Source of the DNA: Octopus bimaculoides
Lineage: Eukaryota
Length of the DNA stretch: 64,000 nt
Reading direction: 5' to 3'
Assembly (NCBI RefSeq): GCF_001194135.2
Contig: NC_068982.1
Location: 36,988,687 to 37,052,686, forward strand
Shown here: positions 24,323 through 37,504 of the stretch, in pieces
Layout: every line of letters begins with the position of its first letter
Position numbering within the stretch: position 1 is the stretch's first letter
Translations under genes and position numbers: made by a program
Notes under the pieces: generated by a model
Seen by the model: only the letters and a program-made list of their open reading frames with translations
Database searches by the model: none
What the model was told of the DNA's origin: nothing

Positions 24323-27300
24323 TATTTATATTTGGAGGACCTTTTGTTAAACCAGGGGAAACCTGGAAAACATTTGCCACAAATCCCAGTATGAGATTTC
24401 ATTACTTAAAGAAATTTTTCCTTGAAATTAGCTAAATAAAAGCTAGATAAATTGTCAGTCCAGAAAACATCTCATAATGTGACTGAAAATAAAAGGAAGA
24501 AAAAAAAAATCAACTTGTCTGTTTTCCATGCTGGCATTGATTAGCAGGTTTGACAGGATCCAGTGAATCCAAGGACTACATCATGTGTCTGCTTTGGCAT
24601 GGTTATATGCATGGTAACTAAGAATATAGGTTATTACTTCAGTAAATAGCTGATAACATAAATGGTAATTTACTTGACTGTTAATTAAGGATTTAATGTG
24701 GGTTCATTTTAGACATGATGGTCCTTTATACTTTTTTACCACTACCACTAAAAAGTCTTAATTCTTTTATTGATTTGTAAATAATAAGTCTTTCATTATT
24801 ATTGAAGCATATGAGTAAAAACAAATGAGTTACTTCTTTCTCAAACTTGAACTTCTTTACTCTTATATATGAGCAACTATTTGAATTGATTTACATGTGG
24901 TAAATGAGTAGTTAAAGGGCTGAATTATGTACATAGAAAGCCTTTAACTTACCATGTGTTTTTGCTTTTAGGCTAAATGTATTTCTCTATTTGCTTGGTC
25001 TCCTATTTGAATGAAAACTGAACTGTATGAGGCTTATAGTTGTATGTTGCAAGCTACATTCAAAGAATAGGACTATTGAGTAAGAATGCATTAAAACAGG
25101 AATAACTAAAAGGAAATTGGGAGCTTTAGGAGAGAATATCTTATAATTCCTTGCTTAATGCTAAAGTAAACTGGGTATTTCACTTTCGCAGTTTGTTTAG
25201 CCTAATTTATATATTTGTTGTTTTATATATACTCTTTTTTATTGCGTGTGAGTAAACTTACAACCTCACTATAGCTGGTACCCTTTATTTTCCATTTTCG
25301 TAAGCATTCTTGTCTATACACTTTGCTATACAATATAGGACTTGCTTCAATGATAACATCTTGCTACTTAGTGTTTCACTTTTTAAAACAGTTGTAAACC
25401 TCACATGGGAAGGTTGGAGTTCGACTCTTCCATGATTGCAGCTTAATAAAATGTCAAAAAAGAAAATATTCATACTAATTTATATTAACACACTCTCTGT
25501 CTGCAAGTAAAACTTAAAACAAATTCATCAAGCTTTTAAAGAGCTTGGAATAAATCATTTTAATCATTAAAAAGTCTCTTCATTATATTTTTCAAATTCT
25601 AAAGAATCACCTATGTATAGTACAAGGAATTCCATCAGTGAGTTTGGTTTTATCATCAATACGGCAAAATATATTTTACTTCTAAGGAAAAATTAAAAAT
25701 ATATATTTTCTAGTATCATATTTAATAAACAAATTCCTTTCTGCTGTTGAGTTAGTTTTGACTATTTAAATCATTTCTACTTTTTGTCAAACTTTTAAAA
25801 CTATATTAAACTATGTAGACTGAATTGGTTAACAATCACATGTTTGGGTGGAAGTTTGAACTTTAGAAAGCGAAAATTTGTATTTAGAAAGATTTTGATA
25901 CTAATTATGGAACAGAAAATTTATTTCAACAAATATTCTTCTACATGCATATTCACACAGACACATACACACATACACAAACAAGTGCATGCATACATGC
26001 ATGCACCTCTGCTGAAAACTTTGGTTGTATTCATGATTGATTGTGTTCACTTCTATTGATCCATCTGACTGCTGGAGTTACTCGATATTGGCTATTTCCT
26101 GGCTGCTTACTGCTACAACAATCGCCATCACACTGTCGAACTGCAGTTTGATGGCACCTTCACTTTACTATGCATGATACTGCAATACTTTGCTTATTCT
26201 AATCCTTAAGCAAAGTATATATTAATATATAAAATACACACACTAAAAAATAATTTTACATTTATAGTTTTCTTTCTTTTTGTTGTGTATTTCTCGTCTT
26301 CCATTTCTTTCTCTCTCTTGTATTTCTTTCTTTCCTTCTCTCTCGCACTCTCTTTCTCTCGTTTATTTTATGCTGCTTTTAAGTGTATTTATATATTGTT
26401 CAGAGATGTAAGCAAAAGAGGTTGTTGCAGCTATCAGCTATAGTAAAGAATTAGTGACTTCAATTCATTGGTTGTCACTTGACTTGTGCCAAATTATGTA
26501 CAATAAATTCTGTTTAAAGAATCACATGGAATATATCTTGACTACAATTCAGCTAACTTTCTTTACCAGTCACATTATAAGTACTGCTTATGAATGGAAT
26601 TGGAATGGAATGAAATTTGTTTGTTCATTTTACCTGGATTGTTTACTGGTCATGTAACTTTTTAAACTGGACAGATATTAGTAAGTAATAATATTGAGAT
26701 GATTTTGAAAGTCTAAATGTTCTAAATGAATCATACAGGTATAAGACAAAGAAATCAGTTAAACTTTTTGTAACTTGAAAAAAAAAAAAAATTCTTGTTA
26801 CAATTTTTTTTATTGTTGTTATGCTTGCAGCAAAAAATACAATAATCATTTGTTTTTTTAATTGATGTTTATAATTTGAGTCATACTATAGTTTTTTTCT
26901 GAAGAATTAAGCCTTTTCAAGGATATTTTAGTTAAGTTTTGAATACCTATTTCAACCAAAGTTGGGATACAAATTAAAATTATGTGTTCTATTTCCTTCT
27001 ATAATATAAGTCAATTAGTTATTTCTCTTTTTCATAAAATTCTAATTCCCAAATCTCTTTGTCAAATGTTAAACTATAACTAATTGGTTTTACAGAAAGT
27101 GAAATCTGAAATGTAGGATCAGTTACATAGCTAGTTTAAAATTCTGTTTACAAGTATGTGTTAACTTTTGAACTATCTCAAACTAATATGATCTGATTCT
27201 ATCCATTTGTTGTCAGATTTTACTCTTTGAAACTTGTTACAGATCTAGTTATAAAATTTTATGTTATAGCTGATCGTTATTTTATTCTAAATTTCATTGT

Positions 27301-27949
27301 CGAAGTAAAGTATTTTTTAAGATGTTTTATAAAAACTGATTTGTTACAGTTATGATTCAATTTGTGAAACAATGTTTGTATTGGTATTATCCATTATTAT
27401 CCTCCATGTAATGCACATGTAAAATTGTTGTAGTCACACACACTAGTTATTTCTTAGTTACTGTCTGAACAGTAAACCTTTCTTGTAAAATTAATGAGGA
27501 GGTTCCTTCAATTGATATAAATAGGTAATTTTTGATATGTAGGTTAAAAAGTTAACCTGTCTATGCATTGTTGAGAAGAGATGATATGAAATAGTGCTTG
27601 TTTAGAGTGATAAACTTTTACTGAAACAGTAGATAGATTGATACAAAAGTAAGAGTAGTAGTAGTATTAAGTTTTGTGCTGACAGTTCTCAGCTCAAATA
27701 CAGCATATTTTCCAGGCTTTGTATTGGTGTTGATTTATTCTGCTATGGAAATTAGTTTCTTAGTTTGCTTTTGAAATTGTTTCCAAAAGCAGGGTTTTGA
27801 ATTTCATACAATCATTCTGTATTTCTTTTATAACACTGAAAATATAAATATATGATTAAAAATAAAAAACATGCCTATTTCAGATAATTTTTGTTTGAAC
27901 AAAACAATTCTTATTTATGTTGATGTATATTTGATTTACTGAATACAAG

Positions 27950-27950
<1 letters not shown>

Positions 27951-27996
<46 letters not shown>
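27951..27996. repeat. (TA)n microsatellite
   Basis: Direct reading. Confidence 0.95.
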
Positions 27997-27998
<2 letters not shown>

Positions 27999-30547
27999 AA
28001 CAGCTGGGATGGGGACTGTGATAATAACATGCTTCTTTGTATGCCCACTGATGTAAATAACATGTAAACATGTAGATAATTACAAACTGCAATGTATGAA
28101 AAGTGTATTGTGTGTAGATATACACCTGTTAAATGTAATATATGTGATGCATTTGGAAGCAGTTTGATTTATAAGAAACTTATAATTTGTAACAATGATG
28201 TAGAAAGAAGGAGGACTTTTTATACATATAGATGCAAAATTAAAAGGTAAAATTGAAGGTTTTTTTTTTACAATAAATGATCAGTATAAAATAAATACAA
28301 TAGTTAACTTTTCTCAAAATGTTCCAGTTTGGGCTTGGTATACATTATACAAACTAAATGCTTGTAAATATAAGAAGCACACATAGCATCAATAAAAGTA
28401 ATGTAGTAGAATATAGATATAGTTTGATAACCAAGAAACTATTCATTATCAGCTGCACTATTGTCTTTGCAAACACTCTCATCTATTAACATTAAGGCAA
28501 TGTTTCTTGACTATAAAGGTGCCAGTTCCCTGACCCAAAGCTATAAGTTGAAAACCTTCCTTAGTTTTCTTTTTATCTAAGACGAGGCAATAACTGAAGC
28601 TGTGTGACTATGTAATTAATCTTAGACCATGCAGATGCTTTGTTAATCAAGCTTATCTATCATTCAGTTGGTTAAAATCATAGATTTCTCAGTTGTCCAT
28701 CAACTTTGCTAAGTTAAAATTCTTTAGAGGAAGAAACAACTCTTTTCATGATGTGAAGCAAAATCTTTTTTTGTTTTTGTTTGTTTATTGGTTTTCTCAC
28801 TCTATATATTTGTTTTCATTTTAATTGTAAAACAATGCATCAGACTCTATTCCAGTCATTGTTGTGCTGTAGCAGGTACATATACAAGTGTGAAACAAGT
28901 CCAGAGACCAATTTTGATTTTCTATTTCAATCATCACACTTCATTTGTTCTTCATGCCTAATTCATCATTGAAAAGTGATATAAAGTGGAAGAAGTACTG
29001 TCTCAGTGACCCATTTTCATATATATTCACACAAATACACACATGCATGCATTGCTGCTTGTTGTGTTAATAGTTTGCTTGCATGCACATAGAAGGATCA
29101 GTACTTTTCATCTCATCAACTACGTTATTAATAAGATGTCACTGCACTATTCAGCACTAGTTCAGGTATTCCTGTGAATCTTGGTTCTGTTCAGGCTGAA
29201 TATGATTATTAGTATATGACAGGATATCCCACATTACATTTATCATGCATTTGTTACCAAGTGCATGTGTTACTTGTCTGTCTGTTAATGTGTGTGTGTG
29301 TGTGTGTGTGTGTGTGTTGATTTCTCATGCAAACATAGGGAGTTTTTCTTTTCTCAGACCTTGTTAAAAATCTATTTGTCTTTGAAATGCAAGTTGATTA
29401 CTATCAAATTTCTCTAGTAATCGACCTACATTTTGCTCAGCAGCCAAATTATGTGAATAGGGGGAAGTCAGCTTTTGTTACTGTAACAAAAATGTTAAAA
29501 ATCCTTAAGAGATGTTGGTAGAATTTACATTGTTCAACTTATTAATATTGTCATTTCTATAGTTTTTCTATCTCTAATACTCTGAGATTGATGAGAAGTT
29601 TTCTCTTTCTACATCTATGAGTACTCAAAATGATAGGATGGTAATTTGTATTTTGGTCACTAAATGTGATTTTAATTTCATTGTGTATTTGAAATTAAAT
29701 GCTTTACAATAAATTACCTACTAAGTGACCATATTTCTTATAAAATTCAGTACATGCATTTCAATTAATTCTTTTTAATAAACAAGAATAAGATAACTGT
29801 TTTCATTATGAAGCTAGTGTTTAGAATATAGCTAAAGAGATTCTTACATAAAATTGTGATGGACAATTTTAATTCAGATATAAATATTATAGAATATGGT
29901 TTCAGGAGGAGAAGTGAACTGGTGAGTGTGTTAAGTATATTAAGGCGATATGACTCTCTCTAGACCAACAAATTTAATGTGTTGTCCTTTATCATCAATA
30001 TACTCTTAAATCAGGTATTTAAAAAAAATCTTTAAGATAATTTGCAAAGGATTTAACTCATTGAATAAGGAGAAACGAACTGAGATATTTTCTAAGCTTG
30101 AATTCACTTTAAAATATAAAAAAAACAACTTTTTTCTTGATTAAAATTTGTCTTCCCTATCTGTTGTTTAAATTGGTAGAACTCTAAGTACTTTACTAAA
30201 CCATCCTATTTTTTTAATGATAATGTTAACAATGGTTAATTGTACAATATGAAACTTTTGTCACTGAATATATGAATAATGTCAGATTACTGATTAAATT
30301 TCTAAGAACATAAAAGTAAGTTAATTGAAATCGAAACACCAAAGTTCAACATTACAAATCTGTTTATAAATGTCACATTAAAAAAAAAAACTCTTCAAAA
30401 TGATCATCCCATTTATACATAAATTTTCTTTGTCTCATACTCAACACAATAAATGGTGTTTTAGTATTTTAAGAAAGCCAGCATATAGCCTCACAGAGGG
30501 GATAGTTCTTTGTTGTTTATGTAGTTGATGATATCAAGAGCAAGAAA

Positions 30548-30597
<50 letters not shown>

Positions 30598-30616
30598 TCT
30601 CTCTCTNNNNNNNNNN

Positions 30617-30653
<37 letters not shown>

Positions 30654-30671
30654 TCCCTCTCTCTCTCTCTC
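30548..30671. repeat. (CT)n microsatellite spanning a 10-N gap (30607-30616)
   Basis: Direct reading; true length unknown. Confidence 0.95.
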
Positions 30672-33600
30672 ATATTAACTTAGCACTAAACACTTTTTGT
30701 TCAGTTTTAAGAACATGCTGCAATTAAGCTTTAAGTCATGCCCGAATTTACATTTTTTTAATACATTTTATGATCTAAATTGATTCCTGTTGGTTTAAAA
30801 AAGCAGCAAAAAAATTAAATGAACATGCAGTAGCATATTCTAATAGAGTAAATCACAGATATCTGTATAAAGTAATTTTTTTTAATGTTTAAATGTGCAA
30901 GGAAATAATTTTAAAGTGTAAATTTTCATTGAATCCATCTTACTAGATAAGATTTCTTATAGTCTTCAGTATAACACTAAATTCTGTTACTAACAATCTT
31001 ATTCTTCCATGCACACTCACACTTCAAGCAGGTTCACCAGAATTATCTAATAAGTATTTTTATAACTATATTAGAAATATTAATAATAGTTTGTTCTTAA
31101 AATGTGTATAATACTACCATTACTGACAACATGCTGTAACAAATACTGATCATTTTTTTAACCTTTTAAAATCAAATTATCACTGATATAAGTCATCTGG
31201 CTGATATTCTACACAATATTTAGTTAAGAGAATCTGACAAACTAACACTTCAGCCTTCAAAAAGTAGTACATTAATGTTTTTAAATACTTTATTTCTTGA
31301 GACAGTTATCTTAGAGATTTGCTAGCTTCCTAATCTATTTGATACAATTAAGCTATAAGTAGTTTCTGTATTACACACTAATCTATATCATTGAAGAGCA
31401 AATGAAGAACATTTCCATAAAATTTTCTTTTCGGTTGCTTTTAAAAAATCTTTTAAGAATTTGTGTTGCTATTTAAGTTAGAAGCTTAACACACGAAGAA
31501 AATATTCATTAAGTTTATGGCTTATTAATATAAATCATACTTTATCCCTTAATTGTTGATTCAGTCTAGCCTGTGTTTCTTTGTATTTGTATTGAAAATT
31601 TCATGTGTGAGATAATGTTATCAAATCTCAAAGAAATATTTTAGATTGAAAATGTTACAAGGGAAAGTCACATAAATTCATATTGAAGCGAGCAACTAAA
31701 ATGGTAATAAAGATATAAAAAGGTTAGCATTTATGGAACATAGAATTGTGATTTGACTACTTTTAATAGAATAGTTAGAGTGGTTTTAAAAGCTTAGAGC
31801 AACTAAGCCAAAAACAATAATAATTACTGCGAGATAGAAACCAGAATAAAGTAAGCATCTTGTATTAAAGGTTTTTAGAATGATAAAGGTAGAAGTGTAA
31901 CATGTGAGATGTATCTTCTTTTCTTGTGAAGACAATATCAATTTCATAGTTAATTTGATACAAATCATATGCCTGCCTTTTGAAACTTCCACTCTATCTT
32001 GTGAGTTTAATCATGTCTGTAACAATGATTGCATGATACTAGGTTTTGAAAATCTTAATTTGGCAGTTTAACACTGATGCACAGGAAAAGAAAGAGAGAG
32101 AAAGAAAAAAAAATGTAGTTGAAGTAACAACATTGTCAATGTATCACAGTACCAGTTCAATGGTCAATTCTATATGTCATTGAACTGCATCCTCAACAGA
32201 GACATTAAACATGCAATAGTTCAATCGACTTACCTGTTAATACCTATGGGTTTGCAGCAGGAGCATTGGGAAATTCATTAGTGTTCCGTTAATCAGTACT
32301 GCTATAGCGGGCTACTTGAGAGTAAGCTGGCTATCAATATTTTAAGCATTTTAGAAGAGATCTCTTCGATCTGACTACACAACACATTTTAAAAATCTGG
32401 ATCTATTGAAAGTGCACACCAGTTTTAAAATAACAAGGTAGTTTATCCAAAAACAAAATCGCGAGTACTGACTTGGAATGGTTGAACTTCTTTGCTCTGT
32501 ATGTGACCAAAGGCATATTGAATATCTGCTTCAATTTGTACCTACTCTCATAGTACAAATCCATGAGTGCTAGAAAGTTTTTCTTTTTTTCCTTCTTTCC
32601 TGAAATTTATTAAAAAAGATTTGTATCAAATAAAAGATTAACATTTCTAAAGAAAATTCAATATGAATTGAATTTCAGAAAAGTATAGGGTTTTTTTTTT
32701 TTTTTTTTTTTGAAAAAATATCAATATGTTTTTAGATTGTTTGCAATTTTCATAAATAGTTTCTCAAAATATTTTTTAAATGTTTTTCCCAGTTTATATT
32801 GTTGTTTGATATTAATGGTTCTTATGTTTCCCACCATTACCATTTTATATAAAAATTACATAAATGTACAATTTATTTGTGAAAATTTTTATAAAAGAAT
32901 TTTAAAATTGTTTTAAATAACCTTACTCTTTTTCAAATTCTCTTTATCCCTTTACAGTTTTTAGAGAACGATATTTAAATAATATATGTTTGAAATTGCA
33001 ATCAAATAAAATTTATTGAAATTTAAATTAAATTTGGTTACTTAATTTGTAAATTTCTGACAAAGGATGGTAATTTAGGGATGGGAGGAATATAATTCTG
33101 AAAATGGGTAGCACTCATGATGTTTTTAGACCACTTCTGTGATAAGGTCAATGCAGTTGATATTCAGCTTGCAATTGTGCAGTTTCTACCTATAAGAGCA
33201 ACATAGACCAAAAAAAAAAAAAGTTTGAGAGGCCTGAAGTTCTGGAGATAAAGAAATTTAAACAAAAATTTTAGTACTGAAGTTCTTGGAGAAATACAAC
33301 TTAAATGATGAGAGGAGGATAGTGAGTACTTTAAGTGGGTTTAGAAAAAGATGATATGCAGATTGTGATTTCATGAGAACAGAAGCTATTGCTGCATCAG
33401 TAAAATGGTAAATGGAAGATGTGTGTCAATAAGCTAGCAATTTCAACATGTTTGTAAGTCAGTCTTTGCTAATCAATTGGAAGGCTTTATTTTGGATGTT
33501 ATCTAGAATGTTTGTGCTGCAGCTGCACTATCTTAGTGTGATCACTACACAGGTCTTATTATAGCTTTCCAGTTGGTGAGAAACTTGTCAAAGCTAAAGT

Positions 33601-34261
33601 ATTCTTTGGCCTTAAAGAGGAAGCTGAAAGTGTAATTTTGGGGGTTGCAGTATAAAGCTATGTTACAAAATGTAAAACCATTATGAAAATTTGTTAGACT
33701 TTGTGTTTATAGCAAATTTTAGGATTTTATCTCTTTGTTTTCCTTAAGTGTAAGGATCATAGTGTTGCAAGACTGTTGCCTAGTTATGGATAGCAATTGT
33801 GTTGTGAGGATTTTATTTAACACTTTTGATACTTATATTCTAAGATAGAATAAACACTTATTGATACAGATATCTCTAGCATCATTTATAAACTTCACTA
33901 TTTAAAGTTTCTGGACTTCATTCTTCTAAAGCACTTAGTGTAACCCAGTTGTTGTTGCCATTAATAATAATGTTTTTCCACTTCATTGACATAGATAACC
34001 TAAGAGAAGTAAACACCATGCAGTTTATTTTCTCTCTTGTGTGTATGAAAAATAATAGCAATCATCTGTCTTCATAATAGCAATCATCTGAGCTTATATA
34101 TCATTTTAACAAAATTTTTGTATATATTAAGTCCTCACTGGATCTTCTTATACATAATAAATCTTTAAATTGTCTCTGTTCATCATCATTTAATGTCTGC
34201 TTTCTATGCTGGCATGGATTGAATTTGAATAACTAATGAACTTTTTCCTTGTAATAAATTA

Positions 34262-34480
34262 TGGGTGGTTGATTAGCAGAAATGTCTCAGACAAAATGCC
34301 TAATTGCATTTTTTTTGGTTCATTGTATTCTGAGTTCAAATCCTACCAAGGTCATCTTTGCTTTCATTCTCTCAGGTTTGGTAAAATAAAGTACCAATCA
34401 AATGTTGGGTCTGGTTTAATCAACTGATCTCTGCACCCAAATTTTCTGCCTTCTACCAATGTTAGAAAGAATTGTTATTC
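34262..34480 (+). mobile_element. SINE family B
   Basis: GAGTTCAAATCCTACCAAGGTCATCTTTGCTTTCATTCTCTCAGGTTTGGTAAAATAAAGTACC matches the 6337 copy. Confidence 0.7.
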
Positions 34481-35097
34481 ATACTGTACCTGTTGTATGA
34501 ATTCAAATTCCAACCAGCCTCAAAATAATGTACCTTATATATTTGTTGTACAACTTCCTAATAAATTAGCTCCCTCTTATCTTCAAAGAAAATATCTCAT
34601 TTTTTTAATACTAATCATATTTTAACTTCAATCTTCTAACATTATGATACTAACATGGAACACTCACATGCAGTACTTGGGGTTTTCCAGCAGGCCACAA
34701 GTGCTGTATATAATTGATCCTTGTTTGATAATATATTAAATATATTCCTCTATTCTAATGATATTGAAGTCTACTTCTTTTGTTGTTGCATGTATGGTTA
34801 ATCAGTGTGTGTGCATATGTACACACACACAAAATTTATAAATATTGTGCTCAGATTGAGAGCACTCTGGTTTGTAATTGTTACTGCTCACAAAAAAAAA
34901 AAAATTAACAAAAGTAGCACTTCATTAAATAATTATACTTTACTTTTGTATTGCATATTTTCCCTTGTTTTTTATTAACTCAAATATACACACATATCAC
35001 AAATATATTTGTATGTAGTGTGTGTGTTTATGAAAGAACAATGATTATAAATAAATATTTTGTGTATGATGCATTTAATCTTGTTTTGTTTCATCAG

Positions 35098-35256
35098 AAT
35101 CTTCAAATGGAGTTAAACCATTTACGCTCTGAGGTTGATGACGTACGGGATTCTGCAATTTCTTTAATGACAAAGAGTAATCAATACAAGAAAATGGTAG
35201 AGCCAGAATTGACACACCTTAACCAAAGATGGGAAGAAATTTCTTTGAAATTGAAG
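35098..35256 (+). CDS. DMD: Dystrophin internal coding exon B (helices B/C of the spectrin repeat; similar to human exon 37)
   Basis: Acceptor ttgttttgtttcatcAG; donor AAG|GTATGC. 159 nt, phase 0/0: NLQMELNHLRSEVDDVRDSAISLMTKSNQYKKMVEPELTHLNQRWEEISLKLK. Aligns by eye with recalled human dystrophin R14 (RLKAELNDIRPKVDSTRDQAANLMANRGDHCRKLVEPQISELNHRFAAISHRIK). Lies inside track ORF 34951-35277. Confidence 0.93.
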
Positions 35257-36189
35257 GTATGCTTTTGCCTAATGTGAATAATATAAATTTAATTAACTGT
35301 ATTATTGCATGCAATATTATGTATGTGATTTAGAAATATGCATGAATGTAATGAAAAGATACATCAGGAATAGAGAGCAGGACAGTGTTTTTGTTGGATA
35401 GATGTCATCACTTCTGTAAATTAAATGCAACATTTATTGAGCTTTTCTGCTTATAGCGTTCTTGTGATTATCATGGTACATGGTATCTGGAATCTCAGGA
35501 CATAAAATATGTGCTGTATATAAAAAATTGTAGGGAATTTTGCTACTCTATTTATAGGCTGAGTTACTTATGTAGATGCTCTTTTTATATGTAGATGCTC
35601 TTATCTTGATAATATTCTCAGGTGAAGTAATAATCTAGAATCTAATATTGCACTTTTATTTTATTACTATATACTATGCTTTGCAAGATGCTATGTTGTG
35701 CAAAACTTACTGTAAATATGTAAAGACAACTTTAAGAAAAATATTTTAACTCATCATATGGACACTGTTGAAACCACTGTTTTCTGCAGGCTATATTTTT
35801 CACTCAGGTCAGCCGCTCACTTTGTAGTATCATTATCAGTATTGCTATTCAAAATTTGAATATTCTCTGAAAATTTCCTTACATAATTCCTTCCAAATAC
35901 CTACACAAAAAGTTTTATTTTATTTTCTTAACATAAATCATTCGTTAACATTTGTAAATAATTTTATATTTAAAAAAAAAAAAATTCTGTTTATATTGCA
36001 TGCCACCAGATGTTACCATATATCTGGAATATTATTATAAATGTAATGTAAATAACTGGCAAATGAAATTAATCAAATGGTTTTATATATATATATATAT
36101 CTTTTTTTTTATGTAGTTTAATGATGTTCATTAAATCTTATTTTTTCTTTTTTATAAAAAGGCTAAGTTATCTCAGTAAGCTACAATGT

Positions 36190-36720
36190 TGATTTTTCAG
36201 GCCTCTGTACCACAAAAGCAATTGATTTTTCTGTAGCAAGCTACCAGAATGCTTTGACCATGTTTTTCTAACCACACCTTTATGTTTTTATTATCAATCC
36301 ACTTCTTGTCGTAAAAATTTCCATGAATTCCATTTGGATGTTTATTCCTTTGCCAAGTTTTCTTGAAAATTAGCAACAATGGTACTTTGCTGTCATTAGC
36401 ATAGTCAGCTAAAACTGTCACGTATTTCACTCTTTGCACATTCACACTTTTATGGTATAGTATGAATGGGCCAGCTCCAATACTTTTCGTTTTATTGTTG
36501 TTGGATATCTATGTATCAGTTAAAAAATATAACATTATTAGAAAAATAACATCATCCTCATCCTGTGTAACCAATCTTCCTGTTAAATGCACAATATACG
36601 GTTACTTTATGTGTGTGTCCCCCCCACTTTCTGATATTTCTTTTTTCTTCTCTTACTACACCCTTCAATATGGTTTTAAGAAGTGGGTGAAAAAAGAGAG
36701 CAAAAATGGCATAATATAAT
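36190..36720 (-). mobile_element. pogo/Tigger DDE_1 transposase fragment
   Basis: ORF 36197-36445 (VTVLADYANDSKVPLLLIFKKTWQRNKHPNGIHGNFYDKKWIDNKNIKVWLEK) matches the pogo pattern TVVL...ADG.KLPP..IFK.K...FP.G......KGWMD......WLEK. Confidence 0.75.
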
Positions 36721-37359
36721 TGAGTAGGAGCAAGTCATATGTACACGACAAGGAAATTTAGATGGCTAATATATTTTCTGCAGTTTGAAACAAATTCTTT
36801 TTTTAATCAAAGTAAGCACACTAATTTGGCTGTTGATGATTTAAAAACATACTTTCACTTATGTCATTCAGCAGTTGCTCTCATGAATTATTTTATGTAG
36901 TTCTATTTTGTTTTTGTTATAAACATACAAGTGCACACACACGTGTGTATGCCTGTGCACTCATGTATATTCACACACACAAGGGGAGGGAGGGGGTTAG
37001 TGTGAGATAAATACACAACTTGCTTGTCATTGGTGGTATTTGGGGTTGAATTAAGAATTTTGTTGTTTGGGAGGCTGTGATGGCATCAGATCATCTACAA
37101 TTCTTTGTTGTTCATTGTTGCTTGAACTGAGTGTGAGAAGTTTCATATATAAAGTTAAATAATGCAAGTTAATCATTTAGATGGGGATGATGATGATGAT
37201 ACTAATGTATCAATAGTAATTGTTACGAATGATGCCATTGTTTTAGCATTACTAATTTTGGCAGTCCTTAAGTTTAGAATGTCATTCCAGGCAGGAAAAA
37301 AGATTGAATTGTTGGTTGCCAAACAAAATGATACTAACAACAAAAGTGATGTTCAAAAC

Positions 37360-37504
37360 TATCATGGGTAAACTGTGGCTCGCCAATCTTTCTCAGTTGT
37401 GTGCCTAATGAAAAATTACCTTGATTATTTTTAGTAGTGTGTCCCACCTGATGATGAGCCTTGTGTCATGCAGCCCATGTGTCAAAAAGGGTTGCCCATG
37501 TCTA
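37360..37504. mobile_element. Decayed hAT-type MITE
   Basis: Left TATCATGGGTAAAC, right GGTTGCCCATGTCTA; flanking 8-mers TTCAAAAC and TTCTAAAC (7/8). Confidence 0.55.

Noticed and set aside
25404-25434. Small hairpin with a tRNA T-loop/B-box-like GGAGTTCGACTCTTCC
   Set aside because: No acceptor stem, D-arm or A-box at the right spacing; not a tRNA gene.
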